Assembly: GCF_040938485.1 (NCBI RefSeq)
Contig: NW_027271384.1
Coordinates: forward strand, 3,658,001-3,722,000
DNA from: Diadema antillarum
Lineage: Eukaryota
Direction: 5' to 3'
Length of the DNA stretch: 64,000 nucleotides
A program made the position numbers and the translations under genes. Of the stretch, positions 1 through 15,600 are shown piece after piece. The notes under the pieces were generated by a model. That model had not been told where the DNA came from and made no database searches. It worked only from the letters and a program-made list of their open reading frames with translations. The number at the start of each line of letters is the position of its first letter. The first letter of the stretch is position 1.

Positions 1-297
1 GAAAATCTTACATCTTGGCATCATACCTGCAACAAATTTCACTTGATATTTCATTCTTGTGTCTCCTTCAAATATCTGACAATGAAATTACTTGGACACT
101 AACATAGATGTTAATACTAGTTACTCTTTTTTTTATTGTATAAATACTAGTGTGCACCTAATCGATCCATCCTCGTAACAGGATACACTTCGGACATTTT
201 AAATGCCCATACCTCAAAATCTACACCAATTGATGTGTTGACCCACAATCTGGGAGGCTTTCAAGACTAACGAGTAAAGTAGCTTTCATTCCCTTAC

Positions 298-620
298 CGC
301 GTAAGACTGGTCCGAGCGAATAGTGACGCCGTTGATGAAGCTCAAGGGTGTCGTCCTCCTTGCACCGTTGACTAGAACCACTCTATTCCGCTCGATCGAA
401 TAGCTAGTGCCATTCACCTCCAGTACCACCTTGCGCAGGTACGACACTCGGTCCGATGGGTTGTTCTTGACGTTGTCTCCCCACAAGTGGAAATCCACAA
501 GGTCCGTGCGATCGCTGCACGGCCTCACCAGCGTGTACTCACAGTCGCCCTGGAAGTCATGACGACCACCGTCGAACATAGTGTAGTGCGGATCTCCCCA
601 CACGGTGCAGATTCCAGGCG
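298..620 (-). CDS. Exon A (VWD N-part, GDPH) of the last, partial module
   Basis: Acceptor ttctgaacag|CG CCT GGA; donor TAC GCG|gtaagg; 323 nt. Confidence 0.92.
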
Positions 621-3600
621 CTGTTCAGAAAAGCAGTTGGAAGGTAATTAAAGCACTCTGAATAGTGGCAGCCAGAAGTCCTCACTTCTTCTCGCAACAA
701 AATATACAATTAGCCGCCTACACTACAGATGTATGCCATCTGCCACAAGTAAGCTTAAGGGTTTTTTTCACCTCTCGCATTTATTGCAGACTTCCTTCTA
801 TTTTGGTTTCCTCTTTCAAAACAGTACGGTGTTCATCACATACAAATTAACATGCTCTTTTACCATGCATGACTTGACTGGATCTGTACTCTAACAGCAT
901 AAAAAGAGAACACAAGTACATTTCTACAAAAGAGAGATCACTGGCACTCACAAATGGAGTCCATACACACCTACCAAACACTATCAAAATCTCTTGCAAT
1001 ATTGTGCTTCTTCTAAATATGAGGTACGTTTCCCGTCTACCTTCAGTTTTTCTTCTCGGACAAGATGAGCGGTCGACCAAAGGCTTGAAATACACCGCTC
1101 AGTAAGGCTCATCGCCGCCCCGCGTTCTCTATCTACTACTCAAATGACTTACCTCTGGTGCACTCTCCATTGCTGTAGGTGAAGCCGTCACGACAGTAGC
1201 AGTCTCTCACACCACCCTTGATCCTACACTCCTGGTTCTCCACGCACGCGTATGCCACACATTCCAAAGTGCCTCCAGAACAGCTGCACATCTCGGAGCA
1301 GTCATCGTTCACGTACACATCTCCTGCCTGTTTGTGCCAAAAACCAATCATTTAGATTTGCTTTAGACCATGGTCTTCGTTTCAAGCCATTTGCATCTCC
1401 ATTTGCTTTCAATCCACACGACAATAATCACAGTCTTCAACGTTTTATCAAACTTAAGCTCAAACTTTACCATCAAAGGAGGAAAGCCACACTCACCGAG
1501 ATGTAGCTTCCGTCTGGAAGAGTGCAACCACAATCCTCCGGCTGCACGCATGTTCCACCGTCGTCCAGCAGTCCTTCAGGGCAGCTGCAGATTTCACGGC
1601 AGGGAAGTCCGCAGTTCAGGTCGGCATCTGGATCGGCACAGCTGGGCTGGCAGGCGCTACCGCAAGATTCGTACACTGTTCCAGTCGGACACTCAAACCC
1701 TGAATAAAGACAGTTTTTAGGCAAGGATATACCTTGAACAGCATTTACAACATACAAGAACATACAACAAATGAAATACCCATTCATCACCACGAAAGGT
1801 GTACATTACTTACACCAGATACGATCGGCATCACCCAAAACACAAAGCGCTCACACGAGGCACATCAAGTCAGTACTGTCGTGGACATCCACAGCTGTAC
1901 AGATTTACATTTTTCACACAAAATGCACTACCGTCATTCAGCATCCACACTCTTCTTTCATGACTCCACAATATTTCACTTATTTCTTCCAAACTCACCG
2001 GTCGACTTTCGATGTCTTTCAAAGCCTGCTCACGGCACAGATGGTCATGTCAGACACTCTTGACACGCACTTTGTGATATCTGATCACATGGCTTCATAT
2101 TTTGCACGTCTAGATTCTGATGATCAGCCAAAACAGCTTTCCACTATCCAACAAAAGTGTCATGAAACAAAAATACTTACCGCACTGGAATACAGATGCC
2201 CTCCAGTCCCCAACCAAGATTCCATTTGTTTCTCCTCGACACTTCTGAACGTATTCCTGCAGGGCTCCGCATATGACGTCGTTGTCAGGGTCAGTGAAAC
2301 ACAGGTCGAAGACGCAGGCATCATAGTAATCACTCACGTCCACAAAGTCTGCGCAGCCTCCAAGGGGACCTGAAAGCAAGAAACAGCTGCAAATATAAGC
2401 TCTTGGATACTACACAAACAACAAACAAAGATAAACACACACAAAAAAGAAAACAGACTGAGAAATCCCACTGGACTTTTCTGATCGAGGCGATCAGAAA
2501 TCATCAGACAAATCCTCAGATAGGATGTCCCATACTCTAGATGCTTACCACGCTCATTTTCTAACTTGTACTCTTTCAACGCTTCAATAGATTGCTTTAA
2601 CTTTTTATATATCATATCGACTCCTTAACTCCCACACTATACGAGTACTGTACTGCGCCGCAGTAAAATTCAATCATCTCCATCTGCTCACCGTCTGGAT
2701 TGATGAAGATGTAGCAGATGTCCTCCACTCGTTGCCGCACGTCGGGGTCATCACAGCCATCAACCGGCGGGAGAACAGTGGTATCGCACTCCTCTTCATT
2801 CAGAACCCAGTCATTACCAAAGACATTCTGGAACCGTGTCTGCAAACAGAACCACATTCGTTAACACAATAAATGTAGTCCCTTTTCATCATTTTCTTGG
2901 TACTAAGTTTTGGGTACGGATGGACGATCAGGTCACTGATACATCCATAACACTGATTACGTCAAAGTCCAGTCACATGCGGAACATGTCTCTTTCCTAC
3001 AATCGGATACCCTGATAGACAGGGTATTGAGAAAGGGAGTAAAAAGAGAGCAGAGTTCTACTTACGACACTTCCATCCTGGAGGCGGAAATCGTTGGATC
3101 TGTCGTCATCGAAGGTTCCGCACAGACCACAAGTAGCATTCCAGTACTGGTATGGCACCTCTATGGTTGCAGTGTTGGCTCCGTCGAAACGTACAGACAG
3201 ACCAAAGGATGTTTGGATGGTCTGTAATAACGATCAGATATCAGGTCCTCTTTACCCTTCCCTTCATATCATGCCTCTATGCTCAATTCTAAAACAATTA
3301 CGTATCAAGCGAAAATCTTACATCTTGGCATCATACCTGCAACAAATTTCACTTGATATTTCATTCTTGTGTCTCCTTCAAATATCTGACAATGAAATTA
3401 CTTGGACACTAACATAGATGTTAATACTAGTTACTCTTTTTTTTATTGTATAAATACTAGTGTGCACCTAATCGATCCATTCTCGTAACAGGATACACTT
3501 CGGACATTTTAAATGCCCATACCTCAAAATCTACACCAATTGATGTGTTGACCCACAATCTGGGAGGCTTTCAAGACTAACGAGTAAAGTAGCTTTCATT

Positions 3601-6600
3601 CCCTTACCGCGTAAGACTGGTCCGAGCGAATAGTGACGCCGTTGATGAAGCTCAAGGGTGTCGTCCTCCTTGCACCGTTGACTAGAACCACTCTATTCCG
3701 CTCGATCGAATAGCTAGTGCCATTCACCTCCAGTACCACCTTGCGCAGGTACGACACTCGGTCCGATGGGTTGTTCTTGACGTTGTCTCCCCACAAGTGG
3801 AAATCCACAAGGTCCGTGCGATCGCTGCACGGCCTCACCAGCGTGTACTCACAGTCGCCCTGGAAATCATGACGACCACCGTCGAACATAGTGTAGTGCG
3901 GATCTCCCCACACGGTGCAGATTCCAGGCGCTGTTCAGAAAAGCAGTTGGAAGGTAATTAAAGCACTCTGAATAGTGGCAGCCAGAAGTCCTCACTTCTT
4001 CTCGCAACAAAATATACAGTTAGCCGCCTACACTACAGATGTATGCCATCTGCCACAAGTAAGCTTAAGGGTTTTTTTCACCTCTCGCATTTATTGCAGA
4101 CTTCCTTCTATTTTGGTTTCCTCTTTCAAAACAGTACGGTGTTCATCACATACAAATTAACATGCTCTTTTACCATGCATGACTTGACTGGATCTGTACT
4201 CTAACAGCATAAAAAGAGAACACAAGTACATTTCTACAAAAGAGAGATCACTGGCACTCACAAATGGAGTCCATACACACCTACCAAACACTATCAAAAT
4301 CTCTTGCAATATTGTGCTTCTTCTAAATATGAGGTACGTTTCCCGTCTACCTTCAGTTTTTCTTCTCGGACAAGATGAGCGGTCGACCAAAGGCTTGAAA
4401 TACACCGCTCAGTAAGGCTCATCGCCGCCCCGCGTTCTCTATCTACTACTCAAATGACTTACCTCTGGTGCACTCTCCATTGCTGTAGGTGAAGCCGTCA
4501 CGACAGTAGCAGTCTCTCACACCACCCTTGATCCTACACTCCTGGTTCTCTACGCACGCGTATGCCACACATTCCAAAGTGCCTCCAGAACAGCTGCACA
4601 TTTCGGAGCAGTCATCGTTCACGTACACATCTCCTGCCTGTTTGTGCCAAAAACCAATCATTTAGATTTGCTTCAGACCATGGTCTTCGTTTCAAGCCAT
4701 TTGCATCTCCATTTGCTTTCAATCCACACGACAATAATCACAGTCTTCAACGTTTTATCAAACTTAAGCTCAAACTTTACCATCAAAGGAGGAAAGCCAC
4801 ACTCACCGAGATGTAGCTTCCGTCTGGAAGAGTGCAACCACAATCCTCCGGCTGCACGCATGTTCCACCGTCGTCCAGCAGTCCTTCAGGGCAGCTGCAG
4901 ATTTCACGGCAGGGAAGTCCGCAGTTCAGGTCGGCATCTGGATCGGCACAGCTGGGCTGGCAGGCGCTACCGCAAGATTCGTACACTGTTCCAGTCGGAC
5001 ACTCAAACCCTGAATAAAGACAGTTTTTAGGCAAGGATATACCTTGAACAGCATTTACAACATACAAGAACATACAACAAATGAAATACCCATTCATCAC
5101 CACGAAAGCTGTACATTACTTACACCGGATACGATCGGCATCACCCAAAACACAAAGCGCTCACACGAGGCACATCAAGTCAGTACTGTCGTGGACATCC
5201 ACAGCTGTACAGATTTACATTTTTCACACAAAATGCACTACCGTCATTCAGCATCCGCACTCTTCTTTCATGACTCCACAATATTTCACTTATTTCTTCC
5301 AAACTCACCGGTCGACTTTCGATGTCTTTCAAAGCCTGCTCACGGCACAGATGGTCATGTCAGACACTCTTGACACGCACTTTGTGATATCTGATCACAT
5401 GGCTTCATATTTTGCACGTCTAGATTCTGATGATCAGCCAAAACAGCTTTCCACTATAGAAAAAAAGTGTCATGACACAAAAATACTTACCGCACTGGAA
5501 TACAGATGCCCTCCAGTCCCCAACCAAGATTCCATTTGTTTCTCCTCGACACTTCTGAACGTATTCCTGCAGGGCTCCGCATATGACGTCGTTGTCAGGG
5601 TCAGTGAAACACAGGTCGAAGACGCAGGCATCATAGTAATCACTCACGTCCACAAAGTCTGCGCAGCCTCCAAGGGGACCTGAAAGCAAGAAACAGCTGC
5701 AAATATAAGCTCTTGGATACTACACAAACAACAAACAAAGATAAACACACACAAAAAAGAAAACAGACTGAGAAATCCCACTGGACTTTTCTGATCGAGG
5801 CGATCAGAAATCATCAGACAAATCCTCAGATAGGATGTCCCATACTCTAGATGCTTACCACGCTCATTTTCTAACTTGTACTCTTTCAACGCTTCAATAG
5901 ATTGCTTTAACTTTTTATATATCATATCGACTCCTTAACTCCCACACTATACGAGTACTGTACTGCGCCGCAGTAAAATTCAATCATCTCCATCTGCTCA
6001 CCGTCTGGATTGATGAAGATGTAGCAGATGTCCTCCACTCGTTGCCGCACGTCGGGGTCATCACAGCCATCAACCGGCGGGAGAACAGTGGTATCGCACT
6101 CCTCTTCATTCAGAACCCAGTCATTACCAAAGACATTCTGGAACCGTGTCTGCAAACAGAACCACATTCGTTAACACAATAAATGTAGTCCCTTTTCATC
6201 ATTTTCTTGGTACTAAGTTTTGGGTACGGATGGACGATCAGGTCACTGATACATCCATAACACTGATTACGTCAAAGTCCAGTCACATGCGGAACATGTC
6301 TCTTTCCTACAATCGGATACCCTGATAGACAGGGTATTGAGAAAGGGAGTAAAAAGAGAGCAGAGTTCTACTTACGACACTTCCATCCTGGAGGCGGAAA
6401 TCGTTGGATCTGTCGTCATCGAAGGTTCCGCACAGACCACAAGTAGCATTCCAGTACTGGTATGGCACCTCTATGGTTGCAGTGTTGGCTCCGTCGAAAC
6501 GTACAGACAGACCAAAGGATGTTTGGATGGTCTGTAATAACGATCAGATATCAGGTCCTCTTTACCCTTCCCTTCATATCATGCCTCTATGCTCAATTCT

Positions 6601-9600
6601 AAAACAATTACGTATCAAGCGAAAATCTTACATCTTGGCATCATACCTGCAACAAATTTCACTTGATATTTCATTCTTGTGTCTCCTTCAAATATCTGAC
6701 AATGAAATTACTTGGACACTAACATAGATGTTAATACTAGTTACTCTTTTTTTTATTGTATAAATACTAGTGTGCACCTAATCGATCCATCCTCGTAACA
6801 GGATACACTTCGGACATTTTAAATGCCCATACCTCAAAATCTACACCAATTGATGTGTTGACCCACAATCTGGGAGGCTTTCAAGACTAACGAGTAAAGT
6901 AGCTTTCATTCCCTTACCGCGTAAGACTGGTCCGAGCGAATAGTGACGCCGTTGATGAAGCTCAAGGGTGTCGTCCTCCTTGCACCGTTGACTAGAACCA
7001 CTCTATTCCGCTCGATCGAATAGCTAGTGCCATTCACCTCCAGTACCACCTTGCGCAGGTACGACACTCGGTCCGATGGGTTGTTCTTGACGTTGTCTCC
7101 CCACAAGTGGAAATCCACAAGGTCCGTGCGATCGCTGCACGGCCTCACCAGCGTGTACTCACAGTCGCCCTGGAAGTCATGACGACCACCGTCGAACATA
7201 GTGTAGTGCGGATCTCCCCACACGGTGCAGATTCCAGGCGCTGTTCAGAAAAGCAGTTGGAAGGTAATTAAAGCACTCTGAATAGTGGCAGCCAGAAGTC
7301 CTCACTTCTTCTCGCAACAAAATATACAATTAGCCGCCTACACTACAGATGTATGCCATCTGCCACAAGTAAGCTTAAGGGTTTTTTTCACCTCTCGCAT
7401 TTATTGCAGACTTCCTTCTATTTTGGTTTCCTCTTTCAAAACAGTACGGTGTTCATCACATACAAATTAACATGCTCTTTTACCATGCATGACTTGACTG
7501 GATCTGTACTCTAACAGCATAAAAAGAGAACACAAGTACATTTCTACAAAAGAGAGATCACTGGCACTCACAAATGGAGTCCATACACACCTACCAAACA
7601 CTATCAAAATCTCTTGCAATATTGTGCTTCTTCTAAATATGAGGTACGTTTCCCGTCTACCTTCAGTTTTTCTTCTCGGACAAGATGAGCGGTCGACCAA
7701 AGGCTTGAAATACACCGCTCAGTAAGGCTCATCGCCGCCCCGCGTTCTCTATCTACTACTCAAATGACTTACCTCTGGTGCACTCTCCATTGCTGTAGGT
7801 GAAGCCGTCACGACAGTAGCAGTCTCTCACACCACCCTTGATCCTACACTCCTGGTTCTCCACGCACGCGTATGCCACACATTCCAAAGTGCCTCCAGAA
7901 CAGCTGCACATCTCGGAGCAGTCATCGTTCACGTACACATCTCCTGCCTGTTTGTGCCAAAAACCAATCATTTAGATTTGCTTTAGACCATGGTCTTCGT
8001 TTCAAGCCATTTGCATCTCCATTTGCTTTCAATCCACACGACAATAATCACAGTCTTCAACGTTTTATCAAACTTAAGCTCAAACTTTACCATCAAAGGA
8101 GGAAAGCCACACTCACCGAGATGTAGCTTCCGTCTGGAAGAGTGCAACCACAATCCTCCGGCTGCACGCATGTTCCACCGTCGTCCAGCAGTCCTTCAGG
8201 GCAGCTGCAGATTTCACGGCAGGGAAGTCCGCAGTTCAGGTCGGCATCTGGATCGGCACAGCTGGGCTGGCAGGCGCTACCGCAAGATTCGTACACTGTT
8301 CCAGTCGGACACTCAAACCCTGAATAAAGACAGTTTTTAGGCAAGGATATACCTTGAACAGCATTTACAACATACAAGAACATACAACAAATGAAATACC
8401 CATTCATCACCACGAAAGGTGTACATTACTTACACCAGATACGATCGGCATCACCCAAAACACAAAGCGCTCACACGAGGCACATCAAGTCAGTACTGTC
8501 GTGGACATCCACAGCTGTACAGATTTACATTTTTCACACAAAATGCACTACCGTCATTCAGCATCCGCACTCTTCTTTCATGACTCCACAATATTTCACT
8601 TATTTCTTCCAAACTCACCGGTCGACTTTCGATGTCTTTCAAAGCCTGCTCACGGCACAGATGGTCATGTCAGACACTCTTGACACGCACTTTGTGATAT
8701 CTGATCACATGGCCTCATATTTTGCACGTCTAGATTCTGATGATCAGCCAAAACAGCTTTCCACTATACAACAAAAGTGTCATGACACAAAAATACTTAC
8801 CGCACTGGAATACAGATGCCCTCCAGTCCCCAACCAAGATTCCATTTGTTTCTCCTCGACACTTCTGAACGTATTCCTGCAGGGCTCCGCATATGACGTC
8901 GTTGTCAGGGTCAGTGAAACACAGGTCGAAGACGCAGGCATCATAGTAATCACTCACGTCCACAAAGTCTGCGCAGCCTCCAAGGGGACCTGAAAGCAAG
9001 AAACAGCTGCAAATATAAGCTCTTGGATACTACACAAACAACAAACAAAGATAAACACACACAAAAAAGAAAACAGACTGAGAAATCCCACTGGACTTTT
9101 CTGATCGAGGCGATCAGAAATCATCAGACAAATCCTCAGATAGGATGTCCCATACTCTAGATGCTTACCACGCTCATTTTCTAACTTGTACTCTTTCAAC
9201 GCTTCAATAGATTGCTTTAACTTTTTATATATCATATCGACTCCTTAACTCCCACACTATACGAGTACTGTACTGCGCCGCAGTAAAATTCAATCATCTC
9301 CATCTGCTCACCGTCTGGATTGATGAAGATGTAGCAGATGTCCTCCACTCGTTGCCGCACGTCGGGGTCATCACAGCCATCAACCGGCGGGAGAACAGTG
9401 GTATCGCACTCCTCTTCATTCAGAACCCAGTCATTACCAAAGACATTCTGGAACCGTGTCTGCAAACAGAACCACATTCGTTAACACAATAAATGTAGTC
9501 CCTTTTCATCATTTTCTTGGTACTAAGTTTTGGGTACGGATGGACGATCAGGTCACTGATACATCCATAACACTGATTACGTCAAAGTCCAGTCACATGC

Positions 9601-12600
9601 GGAACATGTCTCTTTCCTACAATCGGATACCCTGATAGACAGGGTATTGAGAAAGGGAGTAAAAAGAGAGCAGAGTTCTACTTACGACACTTCCATCCTG
9701 GAGGCGGAAATCGTTGGATCTGTCGTCATCGAAGGTTCCGCACAGACCACAAGTAGCATTCCAGTACTGGTATGGCACCTCTATGGTTGCAGTGTTGGCT
9801 CCGTCGAAACGTACAGACAGACCAAAGGATGTTTGGATGGTCTGTAATAACGATCAGATATCAGGTCCTCTTTACCCTTCCCTTCATATCATGCCTCTAT
9901 GCTCAATTCTAAAACAATTACGTATCAAGCGAAAATCTTACATCTTGGCATCATACCTGCAACAAATTTCACTTGATATTTCATTCTTGTGTCTCCTTCA
10001 AATATCTGACAATGAAATTACTTGGACACTAACATAGATGTTAATACTAGTTACTCTTTTTTTTATTGTATAAATACTAGTGTGCACCTAATCGATCCAT
10101 CCTCGTAACAGGATACACTTCGGACATTTTAAATGCCCATACCTCAAAATCTACACCAATTGATGTGTTGACCCACAATCTGGGAGGCTTTCAAGACTAA
10201 CGAGTAAAGTAGCTTTCATTCCCTTACCGCGTAAGACTGGTCCGAGCGAATAGTGACGCCGTTGATGAAGCTCAAGGGTGTCGTCCTCCTTGCACCGTTG
10301 ACTAGAACCACTCTATTCCGCTCGATCGAATAGCTAGTGCCATTCACCTCCAGTACCACCTTGCGCAGGTACGACACTCGGTCCGATGGGTTGTTCTTGA
10401 CGTTGTCTCCCCACAAGTGGAAATCCACAAGGTCCGTGCGATCGCTGCACGGCCTCACCAGCGTGTACTCACAGTCGCCCTGGAAGTCATGACGACCACC
10501 GTCGAACATAGTGTAGTGCGGATCTCCCCACACGGTGCAGATTCCAGGCGCTGTTCAGAAAAGCAGTTGGAAGGTAATTAAAGCACTCTGAATAGTGGCA
10601 GCCAGAAGTCCTCACTTCTTCTCGCAACAAAATATACAATTAGCCGCCTACACTACAGATGTATGCCATCTGCCACAAGTAAGCTTAAGGGTTTTTTTCA
10701 CCTCTCGCATTTATTGCAGACTTCCTTCTATTTTGGTTTCCTCTTTCAAAACAGTACGGTGTTCATCACATACAAATTAACATGCTCTTTTACCATGCAT
10801 GACTTGACTGGATCTGTACTCTAACAGCATAAAAAGAGAACACAAGTACATTTCTACAAAAGAGAGATCACTGGCACTCACAAATGGAGTCCATACACAC
10901 CTACCAAACACTATCAAAATCTCTTGCAATATTGTGCTTCTTCTAAATATGAGGTACGTTTCCCGTCTACCTTCAGTTTTTCTTCTCGGACAAGATGAGC
11001 GGTCGACCAAAGGCTTGAAATACACCGCTCAGTAAGGCTCATCGCCGCCCCGCGTTCTCTATCTACTACTCAAATGACTTACCTCTGGTGCACTCTCCAT
11101 TGCTGTAGGTGAAGCCGTCACGACAGTAGCAGTCTCTCACACCACCCTTGATCCTACACTCCTGGTTCTCTACGCACGCGTATGCCACACATTCCAAAGT
11201 GCCTCCAGAACAGCTGCACATTTCGGAGCAGTCATCGTTCACGTACACATCTCCTGCCTGTTTGTGCCAAAAACCAATCATTTAGATTTGCTTCAGACCA
11301 TGGTCTTCGTTTCAAGCCATTTGCATCTCCATTTGCTTTCAATCCACACGACAATAATCACAGTCTTCAACGTTTTATCAAACTTAAGCTCAAACTTTAC
11401 CATCAAAGGAGGAAAGCCACACTCACCGAGATGTAGCTTCCGTCTGGAAGAGTGCAACCACAATCCTCCGGCTGCACGCATGTTCCACCGTCGTCCAGCA
11501 GTCCTTCAGGGCAGCTGCAGATTTCACGGCAGGGAAGTCCGCAGTTCAGGTCGGCATCTGGATCGGCACAGCTGGGCTGGCAGGCGCTACCGCAAGATTC
11601 GTACACTGTTCCAGTCGGACACTCAAACCCTGAATAAAGACAGTTTTTAGGCAAGGATATACCTTGAACAGCATTTACAACGTACAAGAACATACAACAA
11701 ATGAAATACCCATTCATCACCACGAAAGCTGTACATTACTTACACCGGATACGATCGGCATCACCCAAAACACAAAGCGCTCACACGAGGCCCATCAAGT
11801 CAGTACTGTCGTGGACATCCACAGCTGTACAGATTTACATTTTTCACACAAAATGCACTACCGTCATTCAGCATCCGCACTCTTCTTTCATGACTCCACA
11901 ATATTTCACTTATTTCTTCCAAACTCACCGGTCGACTTTCGATGTCTTTCAAAGCCTGCTCACGGCACAGATGGTCATGTCAGACACTCTTGACACGCAC
12001 TTTGTGATATCTGATCACATGGCCTCATATTTTGCACGTCTAGATTCTGATGATCAGCCAAAACAGCTTTCCACTATACAACAAAAGTGTCATGACACAA
12101 AAATACTTACCGCACTGGAATACAGATGCCCTCCAGTCCCCAACCAAGATTCCATTTGTTTCTCCTCGACACTTCTGAACGTATTCCTGCAGGGCTCCGC
12201 ATATGACGTCGTTGTCAGGGTCAGTGAAACACAGGTCGAAGACGCAGGCATCATAGTAATCACTCACGTCCACAAAGTCTGCGCAGCCTCCAAGGGGACC
12301 TGAAAGCAAGAAACAGCTGCAAATATAAGCTCTTGGATACTACACAAACAACAAACAAAGATAAACACACACAAAAAAGAAAACAGACTGAGAAATCCCA
12401 CTGGACTTTTCTGATCGAGGCGATCAGAAATCATCAGACAAATCCTCAGATAGGATGTCCCATACTCTAGATGCTTACCACGCTCATTTTCTAACTTGTA
12501 CTCTTTCAACGCTTCAATAGATTGCTTTAACTTTTTATATATCATATCGACTCCTTAACTCCCACACTATACGAGTACTGTACTGCGCCGCAGTAAAATT

Positions 12601-15600
12601 CAATCATCTCCATCTGCTCACCGTCTGGATTGATGAAGATGTAGCAGATGTCCTCCACTCGTTGCCGCACGTCGGGGTCATCACAGCCATCAACCGGCGG
12701 GAGAACAGTGGTATCGCACTCCTCTTCATTCAGAACCCAGTCATTACCAAAGACATTCTGGAACCGTGTCTGCAAACAGAACCACATTCGTTAACACAAT
12801 AAATGTAGTCCCTTTTCATCATTTTCTTGGTACTAAGTTTTGGGTACGGATGGACGATCAGGTCACTGATACATCCATAACACTGATTACGTCAAAGTCC
12901 AGTCACATGCGGAACATGTCTCTTTCCTACAATCGGATACCCTGATAGACAGGGTATTGAGAAAGGGAGTAAAAAGAGAGCAGAGTTCTACTTACGACAC
13001 TTCCATCCTGGAGGCGGAAATCGTTGGATCTGTCGTCATCGAAGGTTCCGCACAGACCACAAGTAGCATTCCAGTACTGGTATGGCACCTCTATGGTTGC
13101 AGTGTTGGCTCCGTCGAAACGTACAGACAGACCAAAGGATGTTTGGATGGTCTGTAATAACGATCAGATATCAGGTCCTCTTTACCCTTCCCTTCATATC
13201 ATGCCTCTATGCTCAATTCTAAAACAATTACGTATCAAGCGAAAATCTTACATCTTGGCATCATACCTGCAACAAATTTCACTTGATATTTCATTCTTGT
13301 GTCTCCTTCAAATATCTGACAATGAAATTACTTGGACACTAACATAGATGTTAATACTAGTTACTCTTTTTTTTATTGTATAAATACTAGTGTGCACCTA
13401 ATCGATCCATCCTCGTAACAGGATACACTTCGGACATTTTAAATGCCCATACCTCAAAATCTACACCAATTGATGTGTTGACCCACAATCTGGGAGGCTT
13501 TCAAGACTAACGAGTAAAGTAGCTTTCATTCCCTTACCGCGTAAGACTGGTCCGAGCGAATAGTGACGCCGTTGATGAAGCTCAAGGGTGTCGTCCTCCT
13601 TGCACCGTTGACTAGAACCACTCTATTCCGCTCGATCGAATAGCTAGTGCCATTCACCTCCAGTACCACCTTGCGCAGGTACGACACTCGGTCCGATGGG
13701 TTGTTCTTGACGTTGTCTCCCCACAAGTGGAAATCCACAAGGTCCGTGCGATCGCTGCACGGCCTCACCAGCGTGTACTCACAGTCGCCCTGGAAGTCAT
13801 GACGACCACCGTCGAACATAGTGTAGTGCGGATCTCCCCACACGGTGCAGATTCCAGGCGCTGTTCAGAAAAGCAGTTGGAAGGTAATTAAAGCACTCTG
13901 AATAGTGGCAGCCAGAAGTCCTCACTTCTTCTCGCAACAAAATATACAATTAGCCGCCTACACTACAGATGTATGCCATCTGCCACAAGTAAGCTTAAGG
14001 GTTTTTTTCACCTCTCGCATTTATTGCAGACTTCCTTCTATTTTGGTTTCCTCTTTCAAAACAGTACGGTGTTCATCACATACAAATTAACATGCTCTTT
14101 TACCATGCATGACTTGACTGGATCTGTACTCTAACAGCATAAAAAGAGAACACAAGTACATTTCTACAAAAGAGAGATCACTGGCACTCACAAATGGAGT
14201 CCATACACACCTACCAAACACTATCAAAATCTCTTGCAATATTGTGCTTCTTCTAAATATGAGGTACGTTTCCCGTCTACCTTCAGTTTTTCTTCTCGGA
14301 CAAGATGAGCGGTCGACCAAAGGCTTGAAATACACCGCTCAGTAAGGCTCATCGCCGCCCCGCGTTCTCTATCTACTACTCAAATGACTTACCTCTGGTG
14401 CACTCTCCATTGCTGTAGGTGAAGCCGTCACGACAGTAGCAGTCTCTCACACCACCCTTGATCCTACACTCCTGGTTCTCCACGCACGCGTATGCCACAC
14501 ATTCCAAAGTGCCTCCAGAACAGCTGCACATTTCGGAGCAGTCATCGTTCACGTACACATCTCCTGCCTGTTTGTGCCAAAAACCAATCATTTAGATTTG
14601 CTTTAGACCATGGTCTTCGTTTCAAGCCATTTGCATCTCCATTTGCTTTCAATCCACACGACAATAATCACAGTCTTCAACGTTTTATCAAACTTAAGCT
14701 CAAACTTTACCATCAAAGGAGGAAAGCCACACTCACCGAGATGTAGCTTCCGTCTGGAAGAGTGCAACCACAATCCTCCGGCTGCACGCATGTTCCACCG
14801 TCGTCCAGCAGTCCTTCAGGGCAGCTGCAGATTTCACGGCAGGGAAGTCCGCAGTTCAGGTCGGCATCTGGATCGGCACAGCTGGGCTGGCAGGCGCTAC
14901 CGCAAGATTCGTACACTGTTCCAGTCGGACACTCAAACCCTGAATAAAGACAGTTTTTAGGCAAGGATATACCTTGAACAGCATTTACAACATACAAGAA
15001 CATACAACAAATGAAATACCCATTCATCACCACGAAAGGTGTACATTACTTACACCAGATACGATCGGCATCACCCAAAACACAAAGCGCTCACACGAGG
15101 CACATCAAGTCAGTACTGTCGTGGACATCCACAGCTGTACAGATTTACATTTTTCACACAAAATGCACTACCGTCATTCAGCATCCACACTCTTCTTTCA
15201 TGACTCCACAATATTTCACTTATTTCTTCCAAACTCACCGGTCGACTTTCGATGTCTTTCAAAGCCTGCTCACGGCACAGATGGTCATGTCAGACACTCT
15301 TGACACGCACTTTGTGATATCTGATCACATGGCTTCATATTTTGCACGTCTAGATTCTGATGATCAGCCAAAACAGCTTTCCACTATCCAACAAAAGTGT
15401 CATGAAACAAAAATACTTACCGCACTGGAATACAGATGCCCTCCAGTCCCCAACCAAGATTCCATTTGTTTCTCCTCGACACTTCTGAACGTATTCCTGC
15501 AGGGCTCCGCATATGACGTCGTTGTCAGGGTCAGTGAAACACAGGTCGAAGACGCAGGCATCATAGTAATCACTCACGTCCACAAAGTCTGCGCAGCCTC

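Noticed and set aside
286-603. Treating each minus-strand ORF (e.g. MWGDPH..., MLSGPLGG..., MWFCLQ...) as a separate gene
   Set aside because: The apparent starts (several non-ATG) and stops fall in introns or mid-exon; canonical splice sites join the pieces in frame into one CDS.
1771-2373. 200-aa plus-strand ORF (and the 61-128-aa plus-strand ORFs) repeated in every unit
   Set aside because: Antisense shadows of the real exons and introns; no domain similarity. Their recurrence is only due to the tandem repeat, and several change length or sequence freely between L and R.
2840-3065. Extra small exon between exons B and D
   Set aside because: B (phase 0) joins D (phase 0) directly to give the expected VWD tail ...[16 protein letters not shown]; the interval has indels between L and R.
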